NCBI GenBank assembly: GCA_963806185.1
Contig: CAWDXE010000007.1
Coordinates: forward strand, 768,001 to 832,000
Reading direction: 5' to 3'
Origin: an uncultured candidate division Zixibacteria bacterium
Lineage (GTDB): Bacteria > Zixibacteria > MSB-5A5 > GN15 > FEB-12
DNA: 64,000 nt
A program made the translations under genes and the position numbers. Positions 1 to 9,242 of this stretch are shown piece by piece. The notes under the pieces are model-generated. The model made no database searches. It worked only from the letters and a program-made list of their open reading frames with translations, and had not been told where the DNA came from. The number at the start of each line of letters is the position of its first letter. The first letter of the stretch is position 1.

Positions 1-247
1 CCTGATCGCCGTTGTTCTCCGGAATGCGCGCGCCCACCCAGTCGCCGACGGTCGGCAGTTCAAGACGATCGCGGGCGTCGTGGCGCAGCTGTCCCGTAAT
101 TTGCGCGAAACGCTCGCCCAAAGGTGTAATGATCTGATACCCGGTGCGCTCCTCACGGGAAACACGCGCCGGGCTTAGATCCGGCCGCCCCAACGAGGAG
201 AGCGGCTCGGCAAAATGGCTGTTCCAGCCTATATGTTCTAACTGCAT
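1..247 (-). CDS. rsgA: Ribosome small subunit-dependent GTPase A, N-terminal part (runs off window start)
   Basis: Manual minus-strand translation from ATG at 247: MQLEHIGWNSHFAEPL...PARVSREERTGYQI...GQLRHDARDRLELPTVGDWV. This matches the RsgA N-terminal OB-fold pattern (LGW..., GRV..., P.VGDWV). Not in the ORF track because it is truncated. Confidence 0.8.
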   Translation of the reverse strand, partial: MQLEHIGWNSHFAEPLSSLGRPDLSPARVSREERTGYQIITPLGERFAQITGQLRHDARDRLELPTVGDWVGARIPENNGDQ

Positions 248-674
248 TGCTTTCAGTTTTCCTTATCAATAATATCGTTTCTCGGCATCGTACGTCAATT
301 ATCAACGTCGACGCACCACCAGTTCCGGCCAAACGGCCTGCAACAATAGTCATACTCCTCCTGTATGTGCCGCTCCATGCGGACAGGGCACGGCCAAGGG
401 GTTAATTACTCAGATTTGTCGGGATTTCCGACAACGCTTGCGTCGCCGGTCGGAGAAACGATTCCTTGAAAAGGAACCGAGAGAGGGCTGGTTAATCGAA
501 ATCCTTAGACTTCGCTCAGCCTGCGACCGGGCGCAAAGAGCCTGTCATTTCTGCAACAATAACCATTTACGCCTCCGTCAAATAGGGTTTACGGGTTTCA
601 AATGACTCTGATAGTATCGGCGAATTCCGGCGTTCTGTCAAGCCAAACATCGCGTGCCGCAAGCATGATCGTCG

Positions 675-705
675 GTTGACTGCAGCAGAGCGACCGTTGA
701 CTGCA
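675..705 (+). promoter_or_regulatory. Putative LytTR-type operator: direct repeat GTTGACTGCA x2, 21-bp period
   Basis: GTTGACTGCA at 675-684 and 696-705, about 100 bp upstream of ATG 808 and next to a LytTR regulator. Confidence 0.6.
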
Positions 706-807
706 TTTCTGCGGCAGGAAATGAATACCACCCGTATGCTGAACACGTGAATGTCCATCACTTCCGCAGTGGCTTGCCCGGAGGGCAGTGGGAAAGGATT
801 CAGGCAA

Positions 808-2469
808 ATGAAAAAACTCATGGTGACAGCGCTCCTGGCCGCTCTTACGGCCGCAACGGGCCGGACGGCGACTATTCACGTCCCGGCCGATCAACCGACT
901 ATTCAGGCCGGCATCGATGCCGCGGTGAACAATGATACGGTTATCGTCGCGCCGGGAGAGTATTTCGAGAACATCTCCTTTCGCAATAAGACCCTTGTGC
1001 TGGCCAGTGACTATCTGGCGAGCGGCGACGTAAACGACATCCGGACAACCATCATTAATGGCAGCCAGCCAACCTACCCGGACACCGGCAGCGTTGTCAT
1101 CATGCCCGGCGGGCAGACGGGCACTACCCTCCTGGCCGGATTCACCATCACCGGCGGCACTGGGACAATCTGGCGAGATGTCTCCGACAACCTTCTGTAT
1201 CGCGAAGGAGGAGGCATACTCGTCGAAGGCGGTAATCCCAGAATCGAACGGAATATGATCATAGACAACGCGGCTGATTTTTACCCGGGCAACAGCGCCG
1301 GAGGAGGCGCCATTCGCGTTGGCTTCGGTGCGGCGTCACTGGTCGGCAATCTCATCGCCTACAATCGGGGTCGATACGGAGCCGGAGCAGTTTTCTTCTT
1401 CTCGGCCGCGGTCATCAAAAACAACATCTTTTGGAAAAATGCGGGCGGCCAGGACTTCGGTGGCGGTGGCATGTGGCTCGCCAATGGAACCGCCAACGCC
1501 GAAGTGACCAATAACACCATAGTCGCAAATACCTCCACTGGGGCAGGGGGCGGCATACTCGTGCGTGGTCAGACAGCGACCATTTTGAATTGCGTCGTGC
1601 GCGGTAACTCGGGAACTCTTGGTGCCCAAATCCGCCTCGGAACAGGAACGGCCGGCACAGATGTGCTCTATAGTGACGTGCAGGGCGGCTTTGCCGGTAC
1701 CGCCAATTGGGACGCCGATCCGCAATACGCCACTACCAACCTGCTCCTACTGTCAAGCTCTTCGTGCATCGACTCCGGTTGGAGCAGCGCGGCCTACTAC
1801 GACAAAGAAGACCCGGACAACCTCGGCTTCGCGCTTTTTCCGTCCCAAGGTGCTCGCCGTAATGATGTCGGAGCGTACGGCGGTCCCAACGCGCGATCCC
1901 TGCCTCTGTTCACCTCGGCCGAGTTTGGACTCGTTACCGATTCCATTGGCTTTACACCCACCGGGTCAGGCGATACCGCCGGCGCGTGGATTACTTTCTC
2001 GAAAATCTGGTTCGGCCCGGTGAAGATCGACAGCATTCGTTTCAAGCACACTCCGACAAATATTCTCTTTGCCAAGACGACCCTTCCACACACCACCGAT
2101 ATATCGCGCGGCCCCGACTCCGTGCAAATCGGCTGGTCTCCCGTCGCGCTTGGCGAATTGACCGACACGGCGCTGGTGTACCACAATGATTCGACCACCA
2201 TTAGTCCGTTCCAGGTCATCGTCACGGGGCAGACCGTGGGATGTTGTGTGGCCGCAACCGGCAACATCGATTGCGATCCGGGTGACAATGTCGACATCGG
2301 TGATTTGACTTCTCTTATCGACAACCTCTTTGTCACCTTTACGCCCCTCTGCTGCACTCAGGAAGCCAATTGCGACGGCGATCCCGGCGGCAATGTTGAC
2401 ATCGGCGACCTGACCTCCCTGATAGACAATTTGTTCGTGAGCTTTACACCGCTTGCGGGGTGTCAGTGA
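808..2469 (+). CDS. Secreted right-handed parallel beta-helix (pectin-lyase-like) protein with Ig-like domain and C-terminal dockerin-like tag
   Basis: Start taken at ATG 808 (MKKLMVTALLAALTAA signal peptide, AAGGA upstream). Contains TIHVPADQPTIQAGIDAA..DTVIVAPGEY, GGG/N-rich beta-helix repeats and a duplicated C-terminal VDIGDLTSLIDNLF. Confidence 0.8.
   Translation: MKKLMVTALLAALTAATGRTATIHVPADQPTIQAGIDAAVNNDTVIVAPGEYFENISFRNKTLVLASDYLASGDVNDIRTTIINGSQPTYPDTGSVVIMPGGQTGTTLLAGFTITGGTGTIWRDVSDNLLYREGGGILVEGGNPRIERNMIIDNAADFYPGNSAGGGAIRVGFGAASLVGNLIAYNRGRYGAGAVFFFSAAVIKNNIFWKNAGGQDFGGGGMWLANGTANAEVTNNTIVANTSTGAGGGILVRGQTATILNCVVRGNSGTLGAQIRLGTGTAGTDVLYSDVQGGFAGTANWDADPQYATTNLLLLSSSSCIDSGWSSAAYYDKEDPDNLGFALFPSQGARRNDVGAYGGPNARSLPLFTSAEFGLVTDSIGFTPTGSGDTAGAWITFSKIWFGPVKIDSIRFKHTPTNILFAKTTLPHTTDISRGPDSVQIGWSPVALGELTDTALVYHNDSTTISPFQVIVTGQTVGCCVAATGNIDCDPGDNVDIGDLTSLIDNLFVTFTPLCCTQEANCDGDPGGNVDIGDLTSLIDNLFVSFTPLAGCQ
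2242..2469 (+). repeat. Cys-bracketed duplicated dockerin-like module (copy 1)
   Basis: CC..GNIDCDPGDNVDIGDLTSLIDNLF..CC..EANCDGDPGGNVDIGDLTSLIDNLF..CQ. Confidence 0.8.
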
Positions 2470-2506
2470 CGAGAAAGAAGAACCCCGCTTAGTATCCTTC
2501 TCAACG

Positions 2507-2566
2507 CGGCGAACCGGACGGGGACGGCACTTGGCGGCTGCCGAACTCTCTGGTTCGCCGAATTTT
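2507..2566 (+). terminator. Long imperfect hairpin, possible terminator
   Basis: cggcgaacc...ggttcgccg stem followed by aatttt, downstream of stop 2469. Confidence 0.4.
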
Positions 2567-2589
2567 ATCTCGCAGACCCTGCCGCCATG

Positions 2590-2618
2590 TTGGCAGGACT
2601 ACGTAAAACGGGTATATT
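2590..2618 (+). promoter_or_regulatory. Putative sigma70 promoter of the LytS/LytTR pair
   Basis: TTGGCA-N17-TATATT just upstream of ATG 2633. Confidence 0.45.
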
Positions 2619-2632
2619 GACGAGAATGAAAC

Positions 2633-3802
2633 ATGCAGGCAGATCACACGATGAATTCAGATGAGCGGGCTCTCGCCTTTATGATGGTCAAAACCACCAA
2701 CACCGAAATCGCCGCGCGCCCTCTGGAACGACGTTGGGTGCGGGCGCTGCTTTTGGTGTTGATCTGGACATTCATTGCCGTCCTCATCGCCTCGCTCAGT
2801 CATCTCCGGATGCTGTATCTGGGGAATGAATCCCATTACTGGAAATGGCTCCTGGATTCTGTCATCGGCTGGAACGCCTGGGCCGCTCTGACTCCGGTCA
2901 TCATTTGGCTCGGTCGCAAGGTAAAGATTGAGCGCGAAGTCTGGCTGTCGCGCGCTCTCTGGCACGTCCCAATGGCCATCGGCATCGTCACTATTCGTGC
3001 CATGTTCGGCATTTTCACGTCCATGGTTGTCATGGGTGAGACGCTGACCATAGCCACTTATCTCGACCAGATGCTTCGCTATCTTATCTGGATGGCGCCG
3101 TGGGATCTGGTCATCTACGGCGGCATTCTCGGTTTCTCCTACGCCATTGAATACCGGAGGCAGCTCCGCGATCGGGAACTGGAGTCGGTACGACTCGAAG
3201 CCGCCTTATCGAAGGCCCAGCTCGATGCCCTGCATGCGCAACTGCAGCCTCATTTCCTGTTTAATACCCTGAATTCCATCTCTGTTCTTATGCAAACCGG
3301 CCGGGTGGACTCGGCCGATCGCATGCTGCGCCACCTCAGTGAGCTGCTTCGCTATGTACTCGCCAAAGGGACATTGCAGGAGGTGACTCTGGACGAGGAA
3401 ATGAAGTTCGTAAATGGTTATCTGGACATCGAACAAGCGCGCTTCGGCGCCCGATTGACCATCAACATTACTATCCCAACCGAACACCTCACTGCCCTGG
3501 TTCCAAGCTTTCTAATCCAGACTCTGGTCGAAAACGCAATCCGTCATGGCGTGGGGCCAAAGTCCGAGCCGGGTACTGTCTCGATACAGGTCAGCCGACG
3601 CGGCGACCGAATGTTGATTGAAGTTGCCGACGACGGGATCGGCATGAAGCAGGATGCCGATTCCAACTCCGGCGTAGGACTGCGCAACGCCCGCGCTCGT
3701 CTCCAGCGACTTTACGGTTCCTCGGCCACTCTCGAAATCAGCCGGCCGGAGGCAGGTGGCACTGTCGTGCGATTGGAATTGCCGTATCGGCGGGAAGAGT
3801 AG
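2633..3802 (+). CDS. LytS/YehU-family membrane sensor histidine kinase
   Basis: Several TM helices, then AQLDALHAQLQPHFLFNTLN (His_kinase H-box), LVENAIRHG, DDGIG and GVGLRN. Start codon uncertain. Confidence 0.93.
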   Translation: MQADHTMNSDERALAFMMVKTTNTEIAARPLERRWVRALLLVLIWTFIAVLIASLSHLRMLYLGNESHYWKWLLDSVIGWNAWAALTPVIIWLGRKVKIEREVWLSRALWHVPMAIGIVTIRAMFGIFTSMVVMGETLTIATYLDQMLRYLIWMAPWDLVIYGGILGFSYAIEYRRQLRDRELESVRLEAALSKAQLDALHAQLQPHFLFNTLNSISVLMQTGRVDSADRMLRHLSELLRYVLAKGTLQEVTLDEEMKFVNGYLDIEQARFGARLTINITIPTEHLTALVPSFLIQTLVENAIRHGVGPKSEPGTVSIQVSRRGDRMLIEVADDGIGMKQDADSNSGVGLRNARARLQRLYGSSATLEISRPEAGGTVVRLELPYRREE

Positions 3803-3807
3803 GCCAG

Positions 3808-4599
3808 ATGCCGGATCGCATCCGCACGCTGATTGTCGACGACGAACCTCTGGCCCGTGACGGCATTCGACACCTGCTCAGCAGTGACGATCGCTTCGAA
3901 ATCATCGGTGAATGTCAGAACGGTAAAGAAGCTGTTGCGACAATTCGCGCCGACAATCCGGCGCTGGTCTTTCTGGACATTCAGATGCCCAGTATGAGTG
4001 GAATGCAGGTGGTCTCCGCCTTGACTCCGCCCAGGCCGCTAATAGTCTTTGTCACCGCATATGATGAATTCGCCGTGCAGGCGTTCGATGTCCACGCCCT
4101 TGATTACTTGCTCAAGCCGGTCGATCCCGATCGGTTCCGCAAAACCCTGGCTCGAATAGCTGGAGCAATTCAGGAAGATCGCATCGGCCAGATCTCCGAC
4201 CGGTTGGAACAACTGGTCGGCAATCTCCAGAAGAGCGGCACCTCGCTGGATTCCAGTTCTCCGTATCTCACGCGCTTCATCATCAAGTCCGCCGGCCTGA
4301 TATACTTTGTTCAGGCCGATGATATCGACTGGATCGAAGCTGCCGACTATTACGTCCGCTTGCACACCGGCAAAAAGAACCACCTGCTGCGGGACTCACT
4401 GAATCGTCTGGAAACCCGCCTCGATCCGAACACTTTCATCCGCATCCATCGATCGACCATCGTCAACCTCAGCCGCGTCAAAGAACTCAAACCGCACTTC
4501 CAGGGCGAGTATATCGTCACGCTCACCGACGGCACCGATCTCAAGTTAAGCCGCACCCACCGCGACAAATTGCAGGCGCTGCTGGGTCAGTCAATCTGA
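3808..4599 (+). CDS. LytTR-family response regulator
   Basis: REC domain (IVDDEPLAR, FLDIQMP, VTAYDEFA, LLKP) and LytTR domain (IDWIEAADYYV, FIRIHRSTIVN). Confidence 0.95.
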   Translation: MPDRIRTLIVDDEPLARDGIRHLLSSDDRFEIIGECQNGKEAVATIRADNPALVFLDIQMPSMSGMQVVSALTPPRPLIVFVTAYDEFAVQAFDVHALDYLLKPVDPDRFRKTLARIAGAIQEDRIGQISDRLEQLVGNLQKSGTSLDSSSPYLTRFIIKSAGLIYFVQADDIDWIEAADYYVRLHTGKKNHLLRDSLNRLETRLDPNTFIRIHRSTIVNLSRVKELKPHFQGEYIVTLTDGTDLKLSRTHRDKLQALLGQSI

Positions 4600-4610
4600 C
4601 CGGCGACGCG

Positions 4611-4662
4611 ATTCACTGCAGCCAGAGTAGCCCCTACTGCAAATCAGTAACTCTGTTCTGCA
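4611..4662 (+). promoter_or_regulatory. Putative LytTR-type operator: three (A/T)CTGCA boxes, 21-bp period
   Basis: ACTGCA 4615-4620, ACTGCA 4636-4641, TCTGCA 4657-4662. Same core and period as 675-705. Confidence 0.55.
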
Positions 4663-4780
4663 CGCGACGTACATTTCCTGAGAACATGTGAGGCTCCCGC
4701 GCTGCCTCGGCCCGATTCGCCCACGATTCGGTCCGTGCCGCGGATAACGTATCAGCGATCATCTCTACCAAGGAGGTTTC

Positions 4781-6688
4781 ATGCGTAATTGGCTGACCGC
4801 CGGGCTCGTCTTAGCCCTGACCACTGCGACCCAGGCCGCCTATTTTACCAAAGTCACCAGCGGCCCGGTAGTGACCGACGGCGGCGATTCGCGCAGCGTT
4901 GATTTCATCGACTACGATAACGACAACGACCTCGACCTGTATATCACCAACGGTCCAAAGCTTGGCGCGGTCAATTTTCTCTACCGCAACAACGGTGACG
5001 GTACCTTCACGAAGGTCACTGGCGACGACGCCGTGACGGTTGCCCTTGCCTATGACGGAGCCACCTTCGGCGATTACGATAACGATGGCGACCTCGACCT
5101 CTTCGTCGCCACATGGTGGGGAAACGTCGATCTGCTCTGTGAGAATAACGGTGACGGAACCTTCACGCGTATCACCAGCGCGCCGGTCGCGACCCTGGCC
5201 GGTCACGGCGAGGCGGGAAGCTGGGCCGACTGGGATAACGACGGTGACCTCGACCTGTATGTCGCCAACTCCGGGGGAGATCTGAAAGATTTCGTCTACA
5301 TCAACGATGGCACGGGCAATTTCGCCCGCATTCTGACCGGACAACTGGCCACCGACACAGATACGAAACGCGTCGGCGCCTGGGGTGACTACGATAATGA
5401 CGGCGATCTGGACCTGTTTATAGCCACAGAATCGGCCAATCCCAACCGACTTTATCAGAACCAGGGCGGCGGCGTATTGACTCAGGTAAACGCGGGAGCC
5501 ATTACCTCAGACAACGCCTTCTGCTTCAGCGGTAGTTGGGGCGACTATGACAACGACGGCGACCTTGACCTGTTTGCCACCTCCGCCGGTTCACAGGCAA
5601 GCAATCTGTTTAATAACCAGGGGAATGGCACATTCATAGAAATTACGAGCGGCGCTCAGGTAACAGATATAGCCAATTGCGTATCGAGTGGCTGGGCCGA
5701 CATTGACAACGACGGCGATCTCGACCTGTTTGTCACCACTGGCTTTGGCAGCCTGACGCAGAAGAACCGGCTGTACATCAATAACGGAGACGGAACATTC
5801 ACGCGGGACATCACTGATCCCACCACTATCGATAACGGCTGGACCTACGGCTGCGCGTTTGGCGACATTGACCGCGACGGCGATCTCGATCTGGCTATTG
5901 CCAAATGCGCGGGTGCGGCTGAGAACAACGGCCTGTTTCTCAATGACGGTAATGCCAACCATTGGCTGGACATCCGCCTTCAGGGAATGGTGAGCAATGC
6001 AAGCGCTATCGGCGCCCGAGTGCGCGTCAAGGCTACGATCAACGGCACTCCGGTCTGGCAGATGCGTGAAATCTCGAGTCAGGACGCTTACTGTAATCAG
6101 AGCGGCCTTTCAGCGCATTTCGGACTGGGCGACGCAACTGCGGTCGATTCAATCATCATGACCTGGCCTTCGGGCATCATCCGAGTTCTCGAGAATGTAC
6201 CGGTCGACCAGTTCCTGGTCGAGGCCGAATGCGTGAGCGATCCCGACGACGACGGCGTTCTCTGCCTCGACAACTGTCCGGCCACGCCGAATCCGGGTCA
6301 GGAAGACGCCGACAACGACGGCATCGGTGATCTCTGTGACGCCTGTCCGAACGACGCCAATAACGACGTCGATGGCGATGGGCTGTGCGCCAACCTCGAC
6401 AACTGCCCCCTCGTCTTCAATCCGGGTCAGGAAGACACCAACAATGACGGCATCGGTAACGCCTGTTGCTGTATCGGCGTCACCGGCAACATTGACTGCG
6501 ATTCCGGTCAGGGTGTTGACATCGGAGATTTGACGACGCTGATTGACAACCTATTCATTACCTTCACCACCTTGTGCTGCGATACTGAAGCTAATACTGA
6601 CGGTCTGGGAGGCGTCGACATTGGCGACCTGACCGCGCTGATCGACAACCTCTTCATCACCTTCACACCGACTGTCGCCTGTCAGTAA
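4781..6688 (+). CDS. Secreted FG-GAP/VCBS beta-propeller protein (CRTAC1/ASPIC-UnbV-like) with TSP3 repeats and dockerin-like tag
   Basis: AAGGAGG SD and signal peptide. Seven D.DND.DLDL-type repeats, ASPIC/UnbV motif (NASAIGARV...AHFGLG..WPSG), DNCP..NPGQED TSP3 repeats and a duplicated VDIGDLT.LIDNLF. Confidence 0.88.
   Translation: MRNWLTAGLVLALTTATQAAYFTKVTSGPVVTDGGDSRSVDFIDYDNDNDLDLYITNGPKLGAVNFLYRNNGDGTFTKVTGDDAVTVALAYDGATFGDYDNDGDLDLFVATWWGNVDLLCENNGDGTFTRITSAPVATLAGHGEAGSWADWDNDGDLDLYVANSGGDLKDFVYINDGTGNFARILTGQLATDTDTKRVGAWGDYDNDGDLDLFIATESANPNRLYQNQGGGVLTQVNAGAITSDNAFCFSGSWGDYDNDGDLDLFATSAGSQASNLFNNQGNGTFIEITSGAQVTDIANCVSSGWADIDNDGDLDLFVTTGFGSLTQKNRLYINNGDGTFTRDITDPTTIDNGWTYGCAFGDIDRDGDLDLAIAKCAGAAENNGLFLNDGNANHWLDIRLQGMVSNASAIGARVRVKATINGTPVWQMREISSQDAYCNQSGLSAHFGLGDATAVDSIIMTWPSGIIRVLENVPVDQFLVEAECVSDPDDDGVLCLDNCPATPNPGQEDADNDGIGDLCDACPNDANNDVDGDGLCANLDNCPLVFNPGQEDTNNDGIGNACCCIGVTGNIDCDSGQGVDIGDLTTLIDNLFITFTTLCCDTEANTDGLGGVDIGDLTALIDNLFITFTPTVACQ
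6464..6688 (+). repeat. Cys-bracketed duplicated dockerin-like module (copy 2)
   Basis: CCCIGVTGNIDCD..VDIGDLTTLIDNLF..CC..EANTDG..VDIGDLTALIDNLF..CQ. Confidence 0.8.
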
Positions 6689-6710
6689 GCCAATTGTGCA
6701 TTGCAAAGCT

Positions 6711-6746
6711 ATCCACGGCCGTAAGACCGGCCGTGGATGGATTTTT
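6711..6746 (+). terminator. Rho-independent terminator
   Basis: Perfect 11-bp stem atccacggccg/cggccgtggat with a 6-nt loop, followed by ggattttt. Confidence 0.7.
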
Positions 6747-6814
6747 CTGATTGCATAAATGGCGCGTTCTATCGTCTATTCCTGTATCAGCGTTTCTCGT
6801 ACAGGAGTGACCTC

Positions 6815-9217
6815 GTGCGCCGCCGTCGATCTCAGCTGTTTACTCTTGCTTGTCTCCTTCTGACCGAAGTCTGGTTGCCCGGGATGCATGCTCTGGCCGA
6901 CTCGACAGACGCCGCGCTTGTTTCCTCCGCCTATCGCACGACCGAGCACAACGTCGGGCGGCTGGCCTTTTCATTAAACAACAATGGCGGCTTTGGCGGC
7001 ATGGCCAGCCTCTCGGGCTATCGGGATTATTTCACCGGCCGTCCGGTCCGCGACGGTGAGTATCCGATCGGCAGCGGACAGTCATTCATCGGTTTTGGCG
7101 GCCTCTGGGTTGGTGCCGTGGTTGGCAATGACACCCTCGTCTCGACCACTTTCAACAGCCCCGCCTATCAGAAGAATGGTCAAAACCAACCGGCGGTGGA
7201 GCTATTTGAGTTTCAACCCGGCGGCGACGGTGAAGAATCTCTGCAGAAGCGATCTACCCTCGCCCACGATTCAGGCGCTGTCTCCCATCAGGACATTCAA
7301 GCTATCTATGCCGATACGTGTACGACTTGTTTTCCGCAAACAATCGACTGGAAAGACAATCGCCCGCATCGACCCTTGGGAGTCGAAGTACGCCAGCAAT
7401 CATACGCGTGGACATATCCATGGGCTGATGCTGTCATCCTGATCGCTTACACCATCAAGAATGTGAGCACCAGCCAGCTTTCCAACCTCTTTGCCGGAAT
7501 CTACGTCGATGGCGACGTGGTCAATCGCGAGTATGCACCGCTTCGATACACCGATGACATGACCGGAATCCGATGGGTGACGACAAACAGTTCCTCGTGC
7601 CTGGCTGGGGATTCTATACTGATAGCGTGGATAGCTGATAACGACGGCGACGATTCTACTTGTGGCGGCATGTACACCCTTCCGCACGCATTAGCCGTTT
7701 CGGTACTGCAGGCTGACGGCGGCGCCGGCCTGCGCAGTTGTAATTGGTGGGTGACCGGAAGCAACGGCGACGATTTCGGCCCGCGCCGTCGCTCCACCGG
7801 CTCTGAACCGTATCGTGACTTCGGCACTGGCAACACCGGTGTCCCCTATGGCGACAAAACCAAATACTATATGCTCAGACACCGTGAATTCGATCACTCT
7901 CAATACTACACCAAAGCAATTGCGACCAACGATTCGCTCTGGTCGTACGTGCCGGATCGGAATCTGGCTTCGCGCGTCACCGTAGGCGGGGATATCCGGG
8001 TGCTCCTGTCAGTCGGCCCCTGGCAACTGGCGCCGGGGGAGGAGGCCTCCTTCGCGGCCGCCTTTATCGGTGGCGAAAGCCTCTTTACGAGTTGCGGCAT
8101 TCCCACCGGCCTGCCCGACCAGCCCGCGGCCTATGTCGCTCGCTTGAACTTCTCCTCGTTGGACGACAACACCGGGATTGCCTCGCGCATACTCGACGTT
8201 CCGGGCGTTGACTCGGATAGCGATGGCTACGCCGGCACCTTCATTGTATGCGATGCTGAGACTACCTGGACCGGCGGTGACGGCCGACCGGATTATCTCG
8301 CCGACGTCCCGCCGGTGCCGCCGATTGTCTCGGCCAATCCCATTGATGGCGGCTTTCGAGTTCGCTGGAACGGCGGTCCGTCGGAATTGCGGCCGGATCC
8401 GATCAGTCGCCGGGCTGATTTTGAAGAGTATCAAGTTTTGCTTGGTGCTGACTCCGCGAGTGAATTTACCGTCATCGCTACCTGGGACCTCGACGATTAC
8501 GTCAAGGAAGTGTGGCATCCGTCGACCGGTTCCTGGTGGTCCGATAATCTACGGTTGAGCGGTGACTCACTCCGTTGTCTGTACGCCCCACAGGGATGTG
8601 CTGACTCCGACTGGGATGCGGCCAGTTTCACGCGCATGTTGCCATTGCACCATCCCCAGTATTCCGATTCAATCTTCGCCTTTGCCCCGATCGGAAGAAA
8701 CGCCAAACTTGGCGAGACTACGGCGATACGAAAGCGATTCCCCGACGCGCCCAGGCCGGCGTATGCACGACCGTCGCTTGTGCCCCCGGAATCGACCCAG
8801 GTGTATCTCACCGATGCCGGTCTGTTCCGGTATTATGAATACGAAATGTACAGAGTCGGTTTGCCGGAAGGCGAGACCTGTTACGTAGCCGTCACGGCGG
8901 CCGACATCGCCTTCCCCGGACTGAATGAGCAACCCCGGGTATCGTCTCCGTCTGCCACCGTCCGCCCAGTGGCCGTTCCAATCCGATTGTGCTGTGCGGA
9001 AACAGTGGGCAACGTCGATTGCGATGAATTCGACGTCACCGACATCGCCGATCTGGCTGCCCTGGTGAATAATTTGTTCGTGGAGTTCTCACCGCCCTGC
9101 TGTTATCGAGAAGCCAATTGTGACGGCATCCCCGGTATTGACATCGGCGATCTGTCTGCGCTGATCAACCATCTCTTTATCTCCGGTGCGCCCCTGCCGA
9201 CCTGCGCTTCGGAGTGA
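6815..9217 (+). CDS. Large secreted protein of unknown function with FN3-like region and C-terminal dockerin-like tag
   Basis: Start moved to GTG 6815 (AGGAG SD), because ORF-track start 6737 lies inside the terminator. Signal-like N-terminus, HNVG...NNG.FG...EYP.GSG...GGLWVGAVVG.DTLVS motif and a C-terminal GNVDCD..DIADL/IDIGDL duplication. Confidence 0.75.
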   Translation: MRRRRSQLFTLACLLLTEVWLPGMHALADSTDAALVSSAYRTTEHNVGRLAFSLNNNGGFGGMASLSGYRDYFTGRPVRDGEYPIGSGQSFIGFGGLWVGAVVGNDTLVSTTFNSPAYQKNGQNQPAVELFEFQPGGDGEESLQKRSTLAHDSGAVSHQDIQAIYADTCTTCFPQTIDWKDNRPHRPLGVEVRQQSYAWTYPWADAVILIAYTIKNVSTSQLSNLFAGIYVDGDVVNREYAPLRYTDDMTGIRWVTTNSSSCLAGDSILIAWIADNDGDDSTCGGMYTLPHALAVSVLQADGGAGLRSCNWWVTGSNGDDFGPRRRSTGSEPYRDFGTGNTGVPYGDKTKYYMLRHREFDHSQYYTKAIATNDSLWSYVPDRNLASRVTVGGDIRVLLSVGPWQLAPGEEASFAAAFIGGESLFTSCGIPTGLPDQPAAYVARLNFSSLDDNTGIASRILDVPGVDSDSDGYAGTFIVCDAETTWTGGDGRPDYLADVPPVPPIVSANPIDGGFRVRWNGGPSELRPDPISRRADFEEYQVLLGADSASEFTVIATWDLDDYVKEVWHPSTGSWWSDNLRLSGDSLRCLYAPQGCADSDWDAASFTRMLPLHHPQYSDSIFAFAPIGRNAKLGETTAIRKRFPDAPRPAYARPSLVPPESTQVYLTDAGLFRYYEYEMYRVGLPEGETCYVAVTAADIAFPGLNEQPRVSSPSATVRPVAVPIRLCCAETVGNVDCDEFDVTDIADLAALVNNLFVEFSPPCCYREANCDGIPGIDIGDLSALINHLFISGAPLPTCASE
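8990..9217 (+). repeat. Cys-bracketed duplicated dockerin-like module (copy 3)
   Basis: CCAETVGNVDCD..DIADLAALVNNLF..CC..EANCDG..IDIGDLSALINHLF..C. Confidence 0.75.
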
Positions 9218-9242
9218 TTCCATCTCAACGCCTGCGCGCGCC

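Noticed and set aside
4900..5950. Regularly spaced gacggcga(t/c)ct(c/g)gacctg repeats resembling a CRISPR or tandem array
   Set aside because: They are in-frame FG-GAP (D.DNDGDLDL) coding repeats with synonymous variation and ~155-165-nt spacing. No cas genes are present.
6737..6814. ORF-track N-terminal extensions (also 751, 10712, 18568, 19967, 21758, 22551, 54801, 61378)
   Set aside because: They overlap terminators, promoters or neighbouring genes. Downstream starts have a better SD, signal peptide or domain boundary.
808..9217. A true cellulosome
   Set aside because: None of the dockerin-tagged proteins is a recognisable cellulase or hemicellulase, and the one glycoside hydrolase-like gene (36435-37811) lacks the tag.
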